64,000 nt of DNA from Longimicrobiales bacterium (GCA_965223235.1 CBDCVV010000016.1:92108-156107), one strand, 5' to 3'. Positions 44,301-53,831 are shown, counted from the stretch's first letter. Notes: generated by a model from the sequence alone, not told the origin. Program-made: numbers and translations.

Positions 44301-45767
44301 GCGTCGGACAACCCGGTCGAGGGAGTGACGGTAACCTTCGCGGTCACGAGCGGCGGTGGGTCCCTCACGGGCGCGACACCCTCGACGGCTGGCGACGGAA
44401 CCGCGACGGTCGGTAGCTGGACGCTTGGGCCGACCGTCGGATCGAACACGCTGAGGGCGACCGTGCCGGGCGTAGCGGATACGATCACCTTCACCGCCAC
44501 AGGGCTGACGGGTCCCGCCGCGATCCTCTCGATGAGCGGAGGAAACGGTCAGACGGGCACGGTTGGAACGGTGCTCCCGATCGCCTACACCGTCCTGGTC
44601 ACGGACGCGAACGGGAACCCTGTTTCGGGAACGAGTGTGACGTGGTCGGTCACAGGCGGAGGTGGTTCGATCACCTCCTCTTCGTCGTCGAACGCGAGCG
44701 GAATCGCTTCTGCGACGCGGACGCTCGGTACGACGGCCGGGACGCAAACGGCCAACGCCTCGGTCGGTGGACTCAGTGGATCTCCCGTGGGCTTTACCGC
44801 GACCGCTCAGGCAGGGACTGCCACGTCGATGGTGGTCAGCGCGGGGAACTTCCAGTCGGCCACGGTGAACACGGCTGTCTCGACCGATCCTCGTGTCTTG
44901 GTTCGAGACGCCTTCAACAACCCAGTGGCGGGGGTCTCCGTCAACTTTGCTGTCACGGCTGGTGGGGGCTCTGTGAGCGGCGGGTCGACGAGTACGAACG
45001 CGAGTGGACTGGCCGCGGTAACGGCTTGGACGCTCGGGACGACCGCCGGGACAAACAACAACCAGCTGACGGCTAGCTCCAGCGGGCTCAGCAACGTCGT
45101 CTTCACAGCGACCGCCACCGCCGGGTCAGCGGCTTCGATCTCGATCCAATCCGGGAACAACCAGACTGAGGACGTAGGCTCCGCAGTGACCAATGACCCC
45201 ACGGTCTTGGTCGAGGATGCGTTCGGGAATCCGGTGTCGGGGCAGACGGTGACGTTTACTGTGATTGCGGGGAGTGGATCTGCCACGGGGAGGTTCCCCT
45301 CGACCAATGCTTCGGGGATCGCGAGTGTGGGCTCGTGGACGCTCGGTAGTGGGGGCACGATGTCCTCGACCGGTACGTTCACGAATACACTGCGGGCCAG
45401 TGCGAATGGCAACATCGTGAACTTCAGTGGAACGGGTCGCTACTCCTACCAGACGCATGTCAATCCGATCTGGAGCTCGAACTCACAGGGGACGTGCACC
45501 GGGTGTCATGGCTCCTCTGGAGGGTTGACCCTAAGCGGGACGGCAGCGGCGAATTGGCTCGATCTCGTGAATGTCACGGCGGTATGTAACGGGTCGATCG
45601 ACCGCGTCGACTCTGGGGGCGGCACGGCCGCCGAGAGCACAAGCGCGCTCATGCAGAAGCTCGACAATGCTGGCTGCGGAGGTCCGATGCCGGGCGCGAC
45701 GCTTCTGACGACCACGGAGCGCAACATCGTCCGAGCGTGGATCCGAAACGGGGCGCCCTTCAACTAG
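41340..45767 (+). CDS. giant surface lipoprotein: 11 Big_1-like Ig repeats plus a C-terminal PSCyt1-like CxxCH domain
   Basis: The ORF is open from 41256; candidate starts are 41340 and 41367, and there is a lipobox VFAACG. Eleven repeats of about 100 aa are anchored by GDGQ/GDAQ...GGGS...SWTLG. The C-terminus is CTGCHGSSGGLTL...MPG...WIRNGAP. Confidence 0.7.
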   Translation: MDSPFPPYAVNRVSQLPQLRLRRPRLRSLLLMGSVAVFAACGPDFVQEITESNIEFLRVSPDTALIPVGGTATVQALALDGTGALIATASIGWQVADPSIATVADGLVTGVSVGTTTVTASVGGLTAQATLVVDLPPEIAVSMDTVDFSHVAGAADPTPVDVDVSNVGAFPLAGLVVDSITYGAGATDWLQATLSSPAAPSVLSLAPMLAGVTTAGSYEAVVTLVGTDAVNAPLDLIVRLTVSAAAASMIDLFEGDGQTATVGAAVATPPAVVVTDAFGNGVGGIDVVFTVMSGGGSITGGSVATDAAGVARVGSWTMGTASGENTLAAAAGALGPVMFTATAGAGAVSGLELIGGDGQSATAGTAVVVAPSVRVFDAFDNDVEGAAVDFVVTGGGGVVAGSPAVSDSDGLATVTSWTLGAAVGANELTASAAGTADTIVFSATGVAGSAASIASASGDAQSDSVGATLASPYVVVVTDSNGNPVSGVTVSWAVTGGGGSIGNLSSTDASGMASAVHTLGTVAGAQTVEASSSGLAGSPVTFSSTATAGAPASVVVDAGDAQSGVAGSALPTAPSVAVSDQFGNPVAGVAVDFAVTGGGGSLTGASTSTNASGIASVGSWTLGETAGANALSATVVGLIPVAFSATGTAGAATQLVLETGDGQSAIAGSDVPTPPAVRVTDAFGNGVVGVSVTFTVTSGGGSLTGATPSSAADGIATVGSWTLGAAVGVNTMEAVAAGIADTVAFSATGLGGNAETIALFAGDAQTDTVGATLAVEYAVRIADTNDNPVQGVPVTWTVTGGGGSITPVSNTDASGIATATRVLGTTAGTSNQTAEASVGGLTGSPVQFTASATPGAVAQASVNDGDGQSAPVGTAVATPPSVLVADQFGNPLSGVTVDFAVTGGGGSVTGASAATNGSGVATVGSWTLGATAGANSLQGTVAGLNPVNFNATGTAGAATQLVLVAGDGQSAIAGSAVATEPSVQALDASDNPVEGVTVTFAVTSGGGSLTGATPSTAGDGTATVGSWTLGPTVGSNTLRATVPGVADTITFTATGLTGPAAILSMSGGNGQTGTVGTVLPIAYTVLVTDANGNPVSGTSVTWSVTGGGGSITSSSSSNASGIASATRTLGTTAGTQTANASVGGLSGSPVGFTATAQAGTATSMVVSAGNFQSATVNTAVSTDPRVLVRDAFNNPVAGVSVNFAVTAGGGSVSGGSTSTNASGLAAVTAWTLGTTAGTNNNQLTASSSGLSNVVFTATATAGSAASISIQSGNNQTEDVGSAVTNDPTVLVEDAFGNPVSGQTVTFTVIAGSGSATGRFPSTNASGIASVGSWTLGSGGTMSSTGTFTNTLRASANGNIVNFSGTGRYSYQTHVNPIWSSNSQGTCTGCHGSSGGLTLSGTAAANWLDLVNVTAVCNGSIDRVDSGGGTAAESTSALMQKLDNAGCGGPMPGATLLTTTERNIVRAWIRNGAPFN
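42101..44840 (+). repeat. intragenic higher-order repeat: 3 copies of an about 910-bp unit (three Ig domains each)
   Basis: Domains 1-3, 4-6 and 7-9 are collinear in an A-B-C pattern. Repeat anchors lie near 42101, 43011, 43930 and 44841. Confidence 0.7.
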
Positions 45768-45787
45768 GGCAGCAAAGTTCTACAGCC

Positions 45788-45836
45788 GAGACAACCGGCC
45801 CGGAGACCCTACCGGATCTTCCGGGCCGGTTGTCTC
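45788..45836. terminator. perfect 16-bp hairpin between convergent genes
   Basis: gagacaaccggcccgg / ccgggccggttgtctc with a 17-nt loop. It overlaps the last codons of the minus-strand ORF that ends at 45809. Confidence 0.5.
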
Positions 45837-47197
45837 GCGCCACCTTGCTCGAGCACCAGCCCGTCTACGGCGCCATCTTCACCCTTCGTGAAGGTGATCT
45901 CCGCCTCGACGACGCGCAGGAAAAACGTGTCTTCCGATGCGGCGAACACTGGGAAGCGGGGCTGGCCGGTGGCCTGTACGAAGAGCGCCTCATCCTCGTG
46001 GGTGACGACAATCGTAAAGTTCGGAGCCAGTTCGTACTCGCCGACGTAGCTCTGCAAGATCGATTCAGCGACCGCGACTACTTCGCGCTCTGGAGTCGGC
46101 TCCGGCGGAGCAGCGAGCGGAAAGCTTGAGTCGAGCAGATGAAAACCGATGTCGTCCGCCCCGTGTCCGGAGTTGGTCAACACGACCACACCGACCTCTC
46201 GCCCGGGGTCGAAGCCGATGAACGTGCGAAAGCCCCCGGTGCCACCGTTGTGCCAGACGATCGTGTCTGCTTCTGCCTCACGTCGCACCCAATTGAAGCC
46301 GATCCCCATCCCCGGTGAGAGCTCGTTGCGGCGTGCGTGACTGTCGCGCATCGCGCGCTCGAGATCCGAGGTGGGCGCCCCCACATTCGCGGCCAGAAAC
46401 TTCAGCATGTCTTCGGTGCTCGACCGGATCGCGCCCGCCCCCGCAAGCGTCGGGACGTCCCAGAGCGATGTCGGGTTCGACTGTTGGTCGTGGCCGACGA
46501 CCATGTTCTCCTCGGTCACGCCGGACAGGGTGATCGTGGAGTGATCCATCCCGAGCGGTTCGAAAATCCGCTCACGAACGAGCGTCTCGTAGTCGGTGCC
46601 GGCGGCACGGGCCAACGCATGTCCCAGCAGGCCAACCCCCAAGTTCGAGTACTCTGCTTCCACTCCGATGTCGCGGCGCAGCTCGTGGCTCCCTAGGAAG
46701 TCGTACATCATGTCGACCGTGTAGTCGGCGTACGGATTGGTCAGGTCTTGGGGGGCCATATTCCCAGGGAGGCGCGGTAGCCCCGACCGGTGCGTAGTGA
46801 GGTCGAGTAGCGTGACCTCGCGCCCCGCGCGGGAGGGCATTCGCACGGACGTCGGTAGGTGCTCTGCTACTCGATCGTCGATTCGGACCTCACCTCGCTG
46901 CGCCATCTCCGCGAGAAGAACACCCGTGAACGCCTTGGTGATCGACCCGATCTCGAAGACGGATTGTGGCCCGAGCGGTCGAGCGCCGGGTCCGGCTTCG
47001 CCCGCCCACACGATCCTTGTTGAGCCGTCCGCTTCCATCACACCCACGACGATCCCTACGGCTCGCCCCTCACTGACCCGCTCTTCGAGGATGGCCTCGA
47101 TCTCGGAATCGGCCGGGAAGTGCTGAGCCACAAGGGGCTCGGCTCCAAGCGTTGAGAAAGCGACAGCGACGGCGAGGAGGTGGCGAACGGGGCGCAT
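45809..47197 (-). CDS. serine hydrolase, beta-lactamase (class C/esterase) family, secreted
   Basis: 462 aa with a signal peptide. SxxK motif (GSITKAF), plus a C-terminal extra domain. Confidence 0.8.
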   Translation of the reverse strand: MRPVRHLLAVAVAFSTLGAEPLVAQHFPADSEIEAILEERVSEGRAVGIVVGVMEADGSTRIVWAGEAGPGARPLGPQSVFEIGSITKAFTGVLLAEMAQRGEVRIDDRVAEHLPTSVRMPSRAGREVTLLDLTTHRSGLPRLPGNMAPQDLTNPYADYTVDMMYDFLGSHELRRDIGVEAEYSNLGVGLLGHALARAAGTDYETLVRERIFEPLGMDHSTITLSGVTEENMVVGHDQQSNPTSLWDVPTLAGAGAIRSSTEDMLKFLAANVGAPTSDLERAMRDSHARRNELSPGMGIGFNWVRREAEADTIVWHNGGTGGFRTFIGFDPGREVGVVVLTNSGHGADDIGFHLLDSSFPLAAPPEPTPEREVVAVAESILQSYVGEYELAPNFTIVVTHEDEALFVQATGQPRFPVFAASEDTFFLRVVEAEITFTKGEDGAVDGLVLEQGGARQPARKIR

Positions 47198-47303
47198 GGC
47201 TACTCAGGTCGGACGGGGGCGCTTCGACGTGGTACCGTACGAGCCGTGCAGGTCTATCGTTCCAGATCCGCTACAGGCGCCTCGCCGCGCGGGCCTCACG
47301 GTC

Positions 47304-47342
47304 TACGAAAACGCAGGGCCCGGCCGCAAGCGACCGGGCCCC
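47304..47342 (-). terminator. rho-independent terminator after the spondin-like gene
   Basis: Minus-strand read: GGGCCCGG-loop-CCGGGCCC followed by UGCGUUUUCG. Confidence 0.55.
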
Positions 47343-47376
47343 GCCAAGCACCCATCGAGCGTAGGCTAGGCCGGGG

Positions 47377-48714
47377 TCACGACCCGATCGGTGTAATCGT
47401 GACCCGGATGACCTCGTTGACGGCAGGGTACGTGAAGCCGTCGTTCACCTCGACCACGTCCCCGTTCTCGTCCGTCCCCGTGTCAGGACCCGACTGCCTC
47501 GGTGCCTGGTTCAGGCCTGCGCCGGGGAGCTCGTTCACCTCGGTCCCGGCGTCCCAGAGCATGAACTGACTGGTGACATCCCCATTCACGGGTGAGTCGC
47601 CGTTGAAGAGGCTGATGCCTTCATCACCCGCGGCGAAGAAGAGGTCGTTCGATTGCACGAGCATGGTAGCGAACGAGAGGCGGTCCCCGACCTCCGCGGT
47701 CACCTGGAAGGAGTAGCTGTCGCCGGGGAAGGCCGGGGCGGGGCCGGCCGCGCCGTCCGGCGTGTTGAAGACTCCGCTCGACAGGACGGCGGGGTTCGCC
47801 GCGAGTGAGGTCCCGAGCATCGACGGATCTCCGTCTTCGGCGACAGCCTCCAATCCGTCACCAAAGTCGGCTGCCCCGTCATCGAAGAGGACCATCGGGA
47901 GACGGTGCACCGCGAAGGCACCCGGTGCGATCGGCGTCGTGAGACCGGTACGTCCCTCGACTTCCGTGCCGAGGCCCGAGGGATCTCCGTCTTCCGCGAT
48001 CGCGGCCAGTCCTTCACCACGTTCGTCAGACCCGACGGTGAAGAGCGGGTCGGCACCGCTATGGACGACCCATACGCCAGGTGCGAGCGGGACCGGGTGC
48101 GTCATGCCATCGGACGTCATGAGCGTGGTCGCATCGCTGACGTTCTCGATCCGGACGGTGAACGTCCAGTCGTTGACCGGGGTGATCGTGGCTTGAATCA
48201 CATCGGTCAGGGCTGGGATGTTCGTCCAGCTGTCCTCCGCTAGACGGACCGTCGTGTCGTCATCTGCGGCGCCCGTGTCGGGTCCGCTCTGCCTGGGGGC
48301 CTGATCCGCTCCGAGTCCGGGTTCTTGGTCTTCTTCAGATCCCGCGTCCCATAGGTAGAGCTGGTCCGTAACATCTCCGCTCACCTGCACGCCGTTGTCC
48401 CAAAGCGCGATGCCCATTCCATCGGGGGCGTAGAACCAGTCGTTCGACTGAACGAACATGGTGGCGAAGGTCAGATAGGATCCGGGGCCCGCGGTGATAT
48501 CGAACTCGTACGCGTCGCCCGGGAAAAGGGGGCCGGGGCCCGCCGCCCCGTCGGGAGTGTTGAAGACGCCAGCACTGAAGAAGTCGTACGCCATCGACAC
48601 GTTCTCGACAGTAACCTCGAACTCTTGTGTATTCGGCGGACTCACACCGTCGTCGCAAGCGACGATCCCGACGCTCAATCCGGTGACAAGTGCCGTAGCC
48701 AACTTGGTGTTCAT
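47377..48714 (-). CDS. lipoprotein with three Spondin_N-like domains
   Basis: The ATG at 48714 follows GGAGGAG. Lipobox VGIVACD. A module recurs three times: GVFNTPDGAAGPGP.FPGD.Y.F...ATM.VQSND.F. Confidence 0.6.
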   Translation of the reverse strand: MNTKLATALVTGLSVGIVACDDGVSPPNTQEFEVTVENVSMAYDFFSAGVFNTPDGAAGPGPLFPGDAYEFDITAGPGSYLTFATMFVQSNDWFYAPDGMGIALWDNGVQVSGDVTDQLYLWDAGSEEDQEPGLGADQAPRQSGPDTGAADDDTTVRLAEDSWTNIPALTDVIQATITPVNDWTFTVRIENVSDATTLMTSDGMTHPVPLAPGVWVVHSGADPLFTVGSDERGEGLAAIAEDGDPSGLGTEVEGRTGLTTPIAPGAFAVHRLPMVLFDDGAADFGDGLEAVAEDGDPSMLGTSLAANPAVLSSGVFNTPDGAAGPAPAFPGDSYSFQVTAEVGDRLSFATMLVQSNDLFFAAGDEGISLFNGDSPVNGDVTSQFMLWDAGTEVNELPGAGLNQAPRQSGPDTGTDENGDVVEVNDGFTYPAVNEVIRVTITPIGS

Positions 48715-49015
48715 GGTCTGGATCTCCTCCAACCCTGGGGGTGACACGCAGTCACCTGTTTCAAGTCGTGCGAACAGGCCAGTGGAGAAGAACGAAGAGT
48801 GCCAGGGTGTCCGACGGGAGCACGGGAGGTGGTAAGGCGTTGTGGCCAAACGATATACCCGTCCGATACCGTCCTCTGTTGGCGTGAGACAACTGTTTCA
48901 CGAAACGTTTTGGCGTGTCTGTGAAACGCGGGTGCAACGTTGTTTGCGTCGATGTCGTTCAGTAACGTCGGGACCGAAGGGGTTGGTGCCGACTCAGATG
49001 GATGGAGAGAGCCGC

Positions 49016-49723
49016 ATGTGGCGAGGGATGTTCTGCTGGGTGCTTTGCTGCGTGATCGTCGCGTGCGGTGGGGACGATCCCGTAGCTCCGCCGACGTTGC
49101 CGGGTGTCGGCCTCATCGCTTTTTACCCGTTTGATGCGGACGCTTCGGATGCGGGAGGTTCCGCCCGAAACGGCACACTCCTGGGCGGAGCGGCGGTGAG
49201 CGATGGTGTAGTGCTCAGAGGGAACGACGCCGATGGCGTCAGCCTGCCCGCGAGCGTTCTTGCCCAACGCAACTCGTTCACGATCTCCGTATGGGTGCGC
49301 CTAGCCGAGATCAAGACGGCGAACTACATCCTCAGCGCTGCGAACGATCAACAGGCGAAAGAGTTCGGCATTTGGTACGAGGACGCTACGGGCGCCTGGA
49401 ATGTCGGCTTCGACGGAGACGTCGACGCCGAGATCGTGGATGCGCGCATCCGTGACAATGGGTGGCACCACCTCGCCGTCACACGCTCCGGTGCCCTTGG
49501 CCTCGTCTACCTCGATGGAGCGCAGATAGGCTCGCCCGAGGTCTTCTCGGACCTTCCGCTCTTTATCGATACCGGAGGGCTCATCCTCGGTCAGGATCAG
49601 GGCGGTGTAGGTAGCGGATTCGATGCGTCCGTTTCGCTGAACGGCGCTCTGGATCAGCTCCGTGTTTACAGCAGAGCGCTCGACGCTGCCGACATCCTCT
49701 TGCTAAGCCAAGAGGAGCGATAG
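49016..49723 (+). CDS. LamG/concanavalin-like jelly-roll domain lipoprotein
   Basis: The ATG at 49016 follows GGAGAG. Lipobox VIVACGG. F.F.....D.SG..NG.L.G...., FTISVWV and GWHHLAVT are typical of Laminin_G_3. Confidence 0.55.
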   Translation: MWRGMFCWVLCCVIVACGGDDPVAPPTLPGVGLIAFYPFDADASDAGGSARNGTLLGGAAVSDGVVLRGNDADGVSLPASVLAQRNSFTISVWVRLAEIKTANYILSAANDQQAKEFGIWYEDATGAWNVGFDGDVDAEIVDARIRDNGWHHLAVTRSGALGLVYLDGAQIGSPEVFSDLPLFIDTGGLILGQDQGGVGSGFDASVSLNGALDQLRVYSRALDAADILLLSQEER

Positions 49724-49732
49724 CGCTCGCGC

Positions 49733-51040
49733 TCAGCTCATCTGTGCGACGCCCACTTGGGCCAAGACGATGAGCAGAACGCGCTGGACCCCTAGCGGGC
49801 CATCGACATTCCGGAACCACTCGTCGAGCGAGTGAGCTCCGACACCCTGCCCACCACCACCGATCGTGATCGCCGGGATCCCCATCGAAATGGGGATGTT
49901 CGAGTCCGTGCTCGAACGCCCGAAGGTCGGCTCCAGACCCATCGCGCGGGTGACGGCTGCCGCTTGCTGCACGTAGGGATCGTCTTCAGCGATCTCTCCA
50001 GATGGGCGGTCACCGATCAAGTCCACGTCGACGGTGAGTGGTTCACCGCGAGTGCGCAGGTCGTTCTCCTCGGCCAACGCGTGCTGGATCGCGCCCTGCA
50101 AGATGGCGTCGACCGCGTTGAGGGTCTCGACCCCGTGAGAGCGCATGTCGATCTCCATCCATGCCTCGAACGGCACGGAGTTTACCGAAGTGCCTCCTCC
50201 GATTCGTCCCACATTGTAGCTCGTCCGGAAGGGTGCATTGCGCGTATAGGGATCCGCTCCGTCTTGGAAGTAGCGAATCGCTCGACCCATCGCGTGCGCC
50301 GGGTTGGCGAGACCGAATGCGCCCCAAGAGTGGCCGCCGGGGCCCTGGAACGTGACCCGGTAGCGGTGCGAGCCGAGACCCATGTGCGTGATACCAGTCG
50401 CGCCCGTTCCATCCACCGAGATGAACTGATCGATTCGGGGCCCGCCATCTCTGAAGAGATGCTTTACGCCGCGGAGGTCTCCTAGACCCTCTTCACCCAC
50501 GTTTCCAATGAAGAGGATGTCTTGCTCTGTGCGAATCCCGGCCTCGTTCATCGACCGAAGAACGGCGAGTATTGCAGCGAGTCCACGGGTGTCGTCCGCG
50601 ATACCCGGCGCGAAGAGTGTGTCGCCGCGAACCGTGATGCTCACGTCCGTTTCGGGTGGGAACACGGTGTCCAAGTGCCCGGCGATCGCCAACGTCTCCC
50701 CGTCTCCGGTCCCTCTCCGAAGGCCGATCACATTCCCTACTTCGTCTACCCACGCGCTGTCTACGCCGACTTCGAGCAGCATCTCCAAGAACGCGGCACC
50801 ACGGGCTTCTTCCATGAAGGGAGGCGCGGGGATCTGTGTGAGCGTCCTCAGGTCGTTCATCGTCTGCTCGTCCGTCTCCTCGACGTGGTCGAGCGCTGCT
50901 CGTACCACGGGATGTTCCATCAGGCGACGAATCTGCTCGTCGTAGTCGGCGGGCGACTGAGCAGCTACTGGGGCAGTGGAGCCGGCCACGACGGCAGTGA
51001 GAAGAAGGCTGGCTACGGCGGGGGAGGTGCGGAGGCGCAT
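49733..51040 (-). CDS. M20 family metallopeptidase (secreted)
   Basis: The start at 51040 gives a signal peptide. Contains AGHLDTV and NVGEEGLGDL metal-binding motifs of M20/ArgE/DapE-type enzymes. Confidence 0.8.
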   Translation of the reverse strand: MRLRTSPAVASLLLTAVVAGSTAPVAAQSPADYDEQIRRLMEHPVVRAALDHVEETDEQTMNDLRTLTQIPAPPFMEEARGAAFLEMLLEVGVDSAWVDEVGNVIGLRRGTGDGETLAIAGHLDTVFPPETDVSITVRGDTLFAPGIADDTRGLAAILAVLRSMNEAGIRTEQDILFIGNVGEEGLGDLRGVKHLFRDGGPRIDQFISVDGTGATGITHMGLGSHRYRVTFQGPGGHSWGAFGLANPAHAMGRAIRYFQDGADPYTRNAPFRTSYNVGRIGGGTSVNSVPFEAWMEIDMRSHGVETLNAVDAILQGAIQHALAEENDLRTRGEPLTVDVDLIGDRPSGEIAEDDPYVQQAAAVTRAMGLEPTFGRSSTDSNIPISMGIPAITIGGGGQGVGAHSLDEWFRNVDGPLGVQRVLLIVLAQVGVAQMS

Positions 51041-51165
51041 GGGATTCAGTTCGGTACGGGAGGATCGATGCCACGGCTCGAATGTACGACACAACCGGTG
51101 GCTTGCTGAAGTCGAGCCGCCTGTGTCGATTCACGACACTGACCCACATCCGGACACGGCACGAT

Positions 51166-52644
51166 ATGAACGACTCCCTCCGATTCCGCTCTCTCGCACT
51201 CGCGCTGCTCATGGGCGCGCTCCTCTCACCTTCCGTGAGCGCACAGGATGCCAAGAGCGAGATGGCTGCCTTCATCGACGCGAACGCCGACTCCTTTGGT
51301 GAAGTCGCCCAAGAGATCTGGGAGCTGGCCGAGGTTGGCTACATGGAGACCGAGTCGTCTGACTTGCTCCAGGCGACCCTTCGCGCAGAGGGCTTCGAGA
51401 TCGCTTCCGGTGTCGCGGGCATCCCGACCGCGTTCGTAGCGTCGTTCGGGGGTGGTGGACCCGTCATCGGCATCATGGGCGAGTACGACGCTCTTCCGGG
51501 CATCAACCAGAGCCGATCGGCCGAACGTGACCCCATCCCCGGGAAGATCGCCGGCCACGCATGCGGCCATCACCTTTTCGGTACCGGCTCCGTTGCGGCG
51601 GCGATCGCGGTCAAGCGCTGGTTGGAGGCGACCGGCACGCCGGGCACGATCCGGGTGTACGGCACCCCTGCCGAGGAAGGGGGCGCGGGTAAGGTGTACA
51701 TGGTTCGCGCGGGACTCATGAACGATGTCGACGTCATGCTGCACTGGCACGCGAGCTCACAGAACAGCGCGAGTGCATCGTCTTCGTTGGCAAACAAGTC
51801 GGCGAAGTTCCGCTTCTACGGCCAATCGGCCCACGCCGCCGGCGCGCCGTGGAGGGGTCGCTCCGCGCTCGACGGTGTCGAAGCGATGAATGACATGATC
51901 AACATGCTGCGCGAGCACATGCTCCCGGCGAGCCGTGTGCACTACGTGATTACCTCGGGAGGATCGGCTCCGAACGTCATTCCCGATTTCGCCGAGAGCT
52001 ACATCTACGTCCGGCACCCAGATCCAGAGGAGGTGCGAAAGCTTTTCGATCGGATCGTTCTCACCGCGGAGGGAGCGGCGATCGGCACGGAGACGCGGAT
52101 GGAGTACGAGGTCATCCATGGCATCTACAACGTCCTGCCCAATGAGGCGCTGGGGCGCGCGATGCACGCTAACCTCTCGCGGGTTGGCGGCGTCGAATAC
52201 GATGCCGAGGAGCGACGGTTCGCGGAGATGATCCACGCGACTTTCCCGGACGGTACACCCGGGCTCGAGTCAGCTCAGCGGGTCCAGCCCTTCGAGGTGA
52301 TTGAGACCGGGCAGGGTGGGTCGACCGATGTGGGCGATGTGAGCTGGGCTGTACCCACGGCAGGGCTCGGCACCGCGACGTGGGTACCGGGAACCTCTGC
52401 GCATTCGTGGCAGGCGGTGGCTGCGGGCGGAACGACCATCGGGAACAAGGGGATGATTAACGCCGCGAAGACGCTGGCGTTCACCATGCATGACCTGTTT
52501 ACGACCCCTTCGCTGATCGAAGCCGCCCAGGATGAGTTCCTTCGGCGTCGTGGTCCGAACTACATCTACGAGCCGCTACTCGGAGATCGCGACCCGCCGC
52601 TCGACTACCGTGCGAGCGTGGTCGGCGGAGGCAACGGTCGCTGA
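51166..52644 (+). CDS. M20D amidohydrolase (AbgB/aminobenzoyl-glutamate hydrolase B-like), secreted
   Basis: The ATG at 51166 gives a signal peptide (LLMGALLSPSVSAQ). HACGHH, PAEEGGAGK and GSTDVGDVSW motifs. Confidence 0.8.
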   Translation: MNDSLRFRSLALALLMGALLSPSVSAQDAKSEMAAFIDANADSFGEVAQEIWELAEVGYMETESSDLLQATLRAEGFEIASGVAGIPTAFVASFGGGGPVIGIMGEYDALPGINQSRSAERDPIPGKIAGHACGHHLFGTGSVAAAIAVKRWLEATGTPGTIRVYGTPAEEGGAGKVYMVRAGLMNDVDVMLHWHASSQNSASASSSLANKSAKFRFYGQSAHAAGAPWRGRSALDGVEAMNDMINMLREHMLPASRVHYVITSGGSAPNVIPDFAESYIYVRHPDPEEVRKLFDRIVLTAEGAAIGTETRMEYEVIHGIYNVLPNEALGRAMHANLSRVGGVEYDAEERRFAEMIHATFPDGTPGLESAQRVQPFEVIETGQGGSTDVGDVSWAVPTAGLGTATWVPGTSAHSWQAVAAGGTTIGNKGMINAAKTLAFTMHDLFTTPSLIEAAQDEFLRRRGPNYIYEPLLGDRDPPLDYRASVVGGGNGR

Positions 52645-52663
52645 CATTGTGCTTCGGTCGGGG

Positions 52664-53002
52664 TCAGCCGGCTTTAGCTTCGCGGCTGGCCTCGATCGCA
52701 GCGTGCCCCCATCGCACCAGCGTGGGCGCGTCGTTCAGAACCTCGGCTGGGACAGAGTAGTACGGCATGCGGCCGTGCCGTTCGCTTCCAGCGTCGTCGA
52801 AGAGCGTCTGGTTCGACGGTCCCGCTCTTAGGAAGATGGCGCCCGTCGAGTCGACAATGCCGAACATCGTCCCGCCACAGAACACGCCTACTCCACCGAA
52901 CATCCTGCGACCGCTGACGTCCCCGCATTCGCTGAGCGCCTCGATAAGGCTGCTTGCGGCGGACTCTACGGCCGGATTGAAGTTGGCTCCCCTTTTCCCC
53001 AT
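52664..53002 (-). CDS. TfoX N-terminal domain protein
   Basis: 112 aa from the ATG at 53002. The RRMFGGVGVF motif is typical of TfoX_N. Confidence 0.6.
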   Translation of the reverse strand: MGKRGANFNPAVESAASSLIEALSECGDVSGRRMFGGVGVFCGGTMFGIVDSTGAIFLRAGPSNQTLFDDAGSERHGRMPYYSVPAEVLNDAPTLVRWGHAAIEASREAKAG

Positions 53003-53128
53003 GAGGTTTTCCTTGCTCCTGAGTACCGTACGGTGACAGTACACTCTTGGGATGGCACGTGTCGAAGATGGTGGGCGGCCGAATCGTACGGGAGGTGAGA
53101 GGTGCCATGAGGGCGAACAGTACTGTTA

Positions 53129-53815
53129 TTGAAGGGACACAGCGTGGATGAACGTCGCTTCTCCGACCGGCAGGTGCGGGAGATTCTGAAGCGGGCTGTT
53201 GAAGAGGTGCCGACCAAGGCCCTCGCGTCGGGCGACGGCCTGACCTTGGCCGAGCTGAAGGAGGTTGGCGCCGAGGTCGGAATCGATGCGGACCGGATGG
53301 AGCGTGCCGTCCGATCGCTGGAGGGGGATCGCCCCACTCCGGCGCGTCGAATCTTGGGCGCCTCGAATGTCTTGAACGTCGAGCGGTCTGTTCGTGGCGA
53401 GTTAGGGGAAGACGACTCCGTCGACGTGCTGGCCTCGATCCGGAGACATTACGGCAAGCCCGGCAAGGTCTCCGAGGTCGGGGGTGGGCTCGAGTGGTCG
53501 ACGACGGGTGAGGCGGGGGAGCGTCTCATCTCGATCTCCTCAAGAGACGGAGTGACGCGCGTGTCAGGGACGTCCAACATCTCTCAACTGGCGATCGTCA
53601 CCTTCTTGCCTGCCACGATCATGGGGACGATGGCGACCATCTTCGGGGTCGTCGACGGTGCGAACTCGGGGTCGCTGCCCCAAGTGCTCCTCTTCCTGAC
53701 CATCCTACCCGTGCTGCTCACACTCCTTAGGCTCGTGTGGGGACGCATCTCGGCTTGGGAAGAGGACAAGCTTCACTCTGCCGTCGCCGAGGTCGCCGGG
53801 TTTATTCAGGAGTAA
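53129..53815 (+). CDS. hypothetical membrane protein
   Basis: 228 aa. Soluble N-terminal region, then two C-terminal hydrophobic helices. No family recognised. Confidence 0.4.
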   Translation: MKGHSVDERRFSDRQVREILKRAVEEVPTKALASGDGLTLAELKEVGAEVGIDADRMERAVRSLEGDRPTPARRILGASNVLNVERSVRGELGEDDSVDVLASIRRHYGKPGKVSEVGGGLEWSTTGEAGERLISISSRDGVTRVSGTSNISQLAIVTFLPATIMGTMATIFGVVDGANSGSLPQVLLFLTILPVLLTLLRLVWGRISAWEEDKLHSAVAEVAGFIQE

Positions 53816-53831
53816 GCGACCCGCCGGACCG

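Noticed and set aside
41720-44747. 506-aa and 566-aa minus-strand ORFs inside the Big_1 repeat gene.
   Set aside because: These are antisense frames of a GC-rich repetitive gene. They have no motifs, while the plus-strand frame has clear repeat and domain logic.
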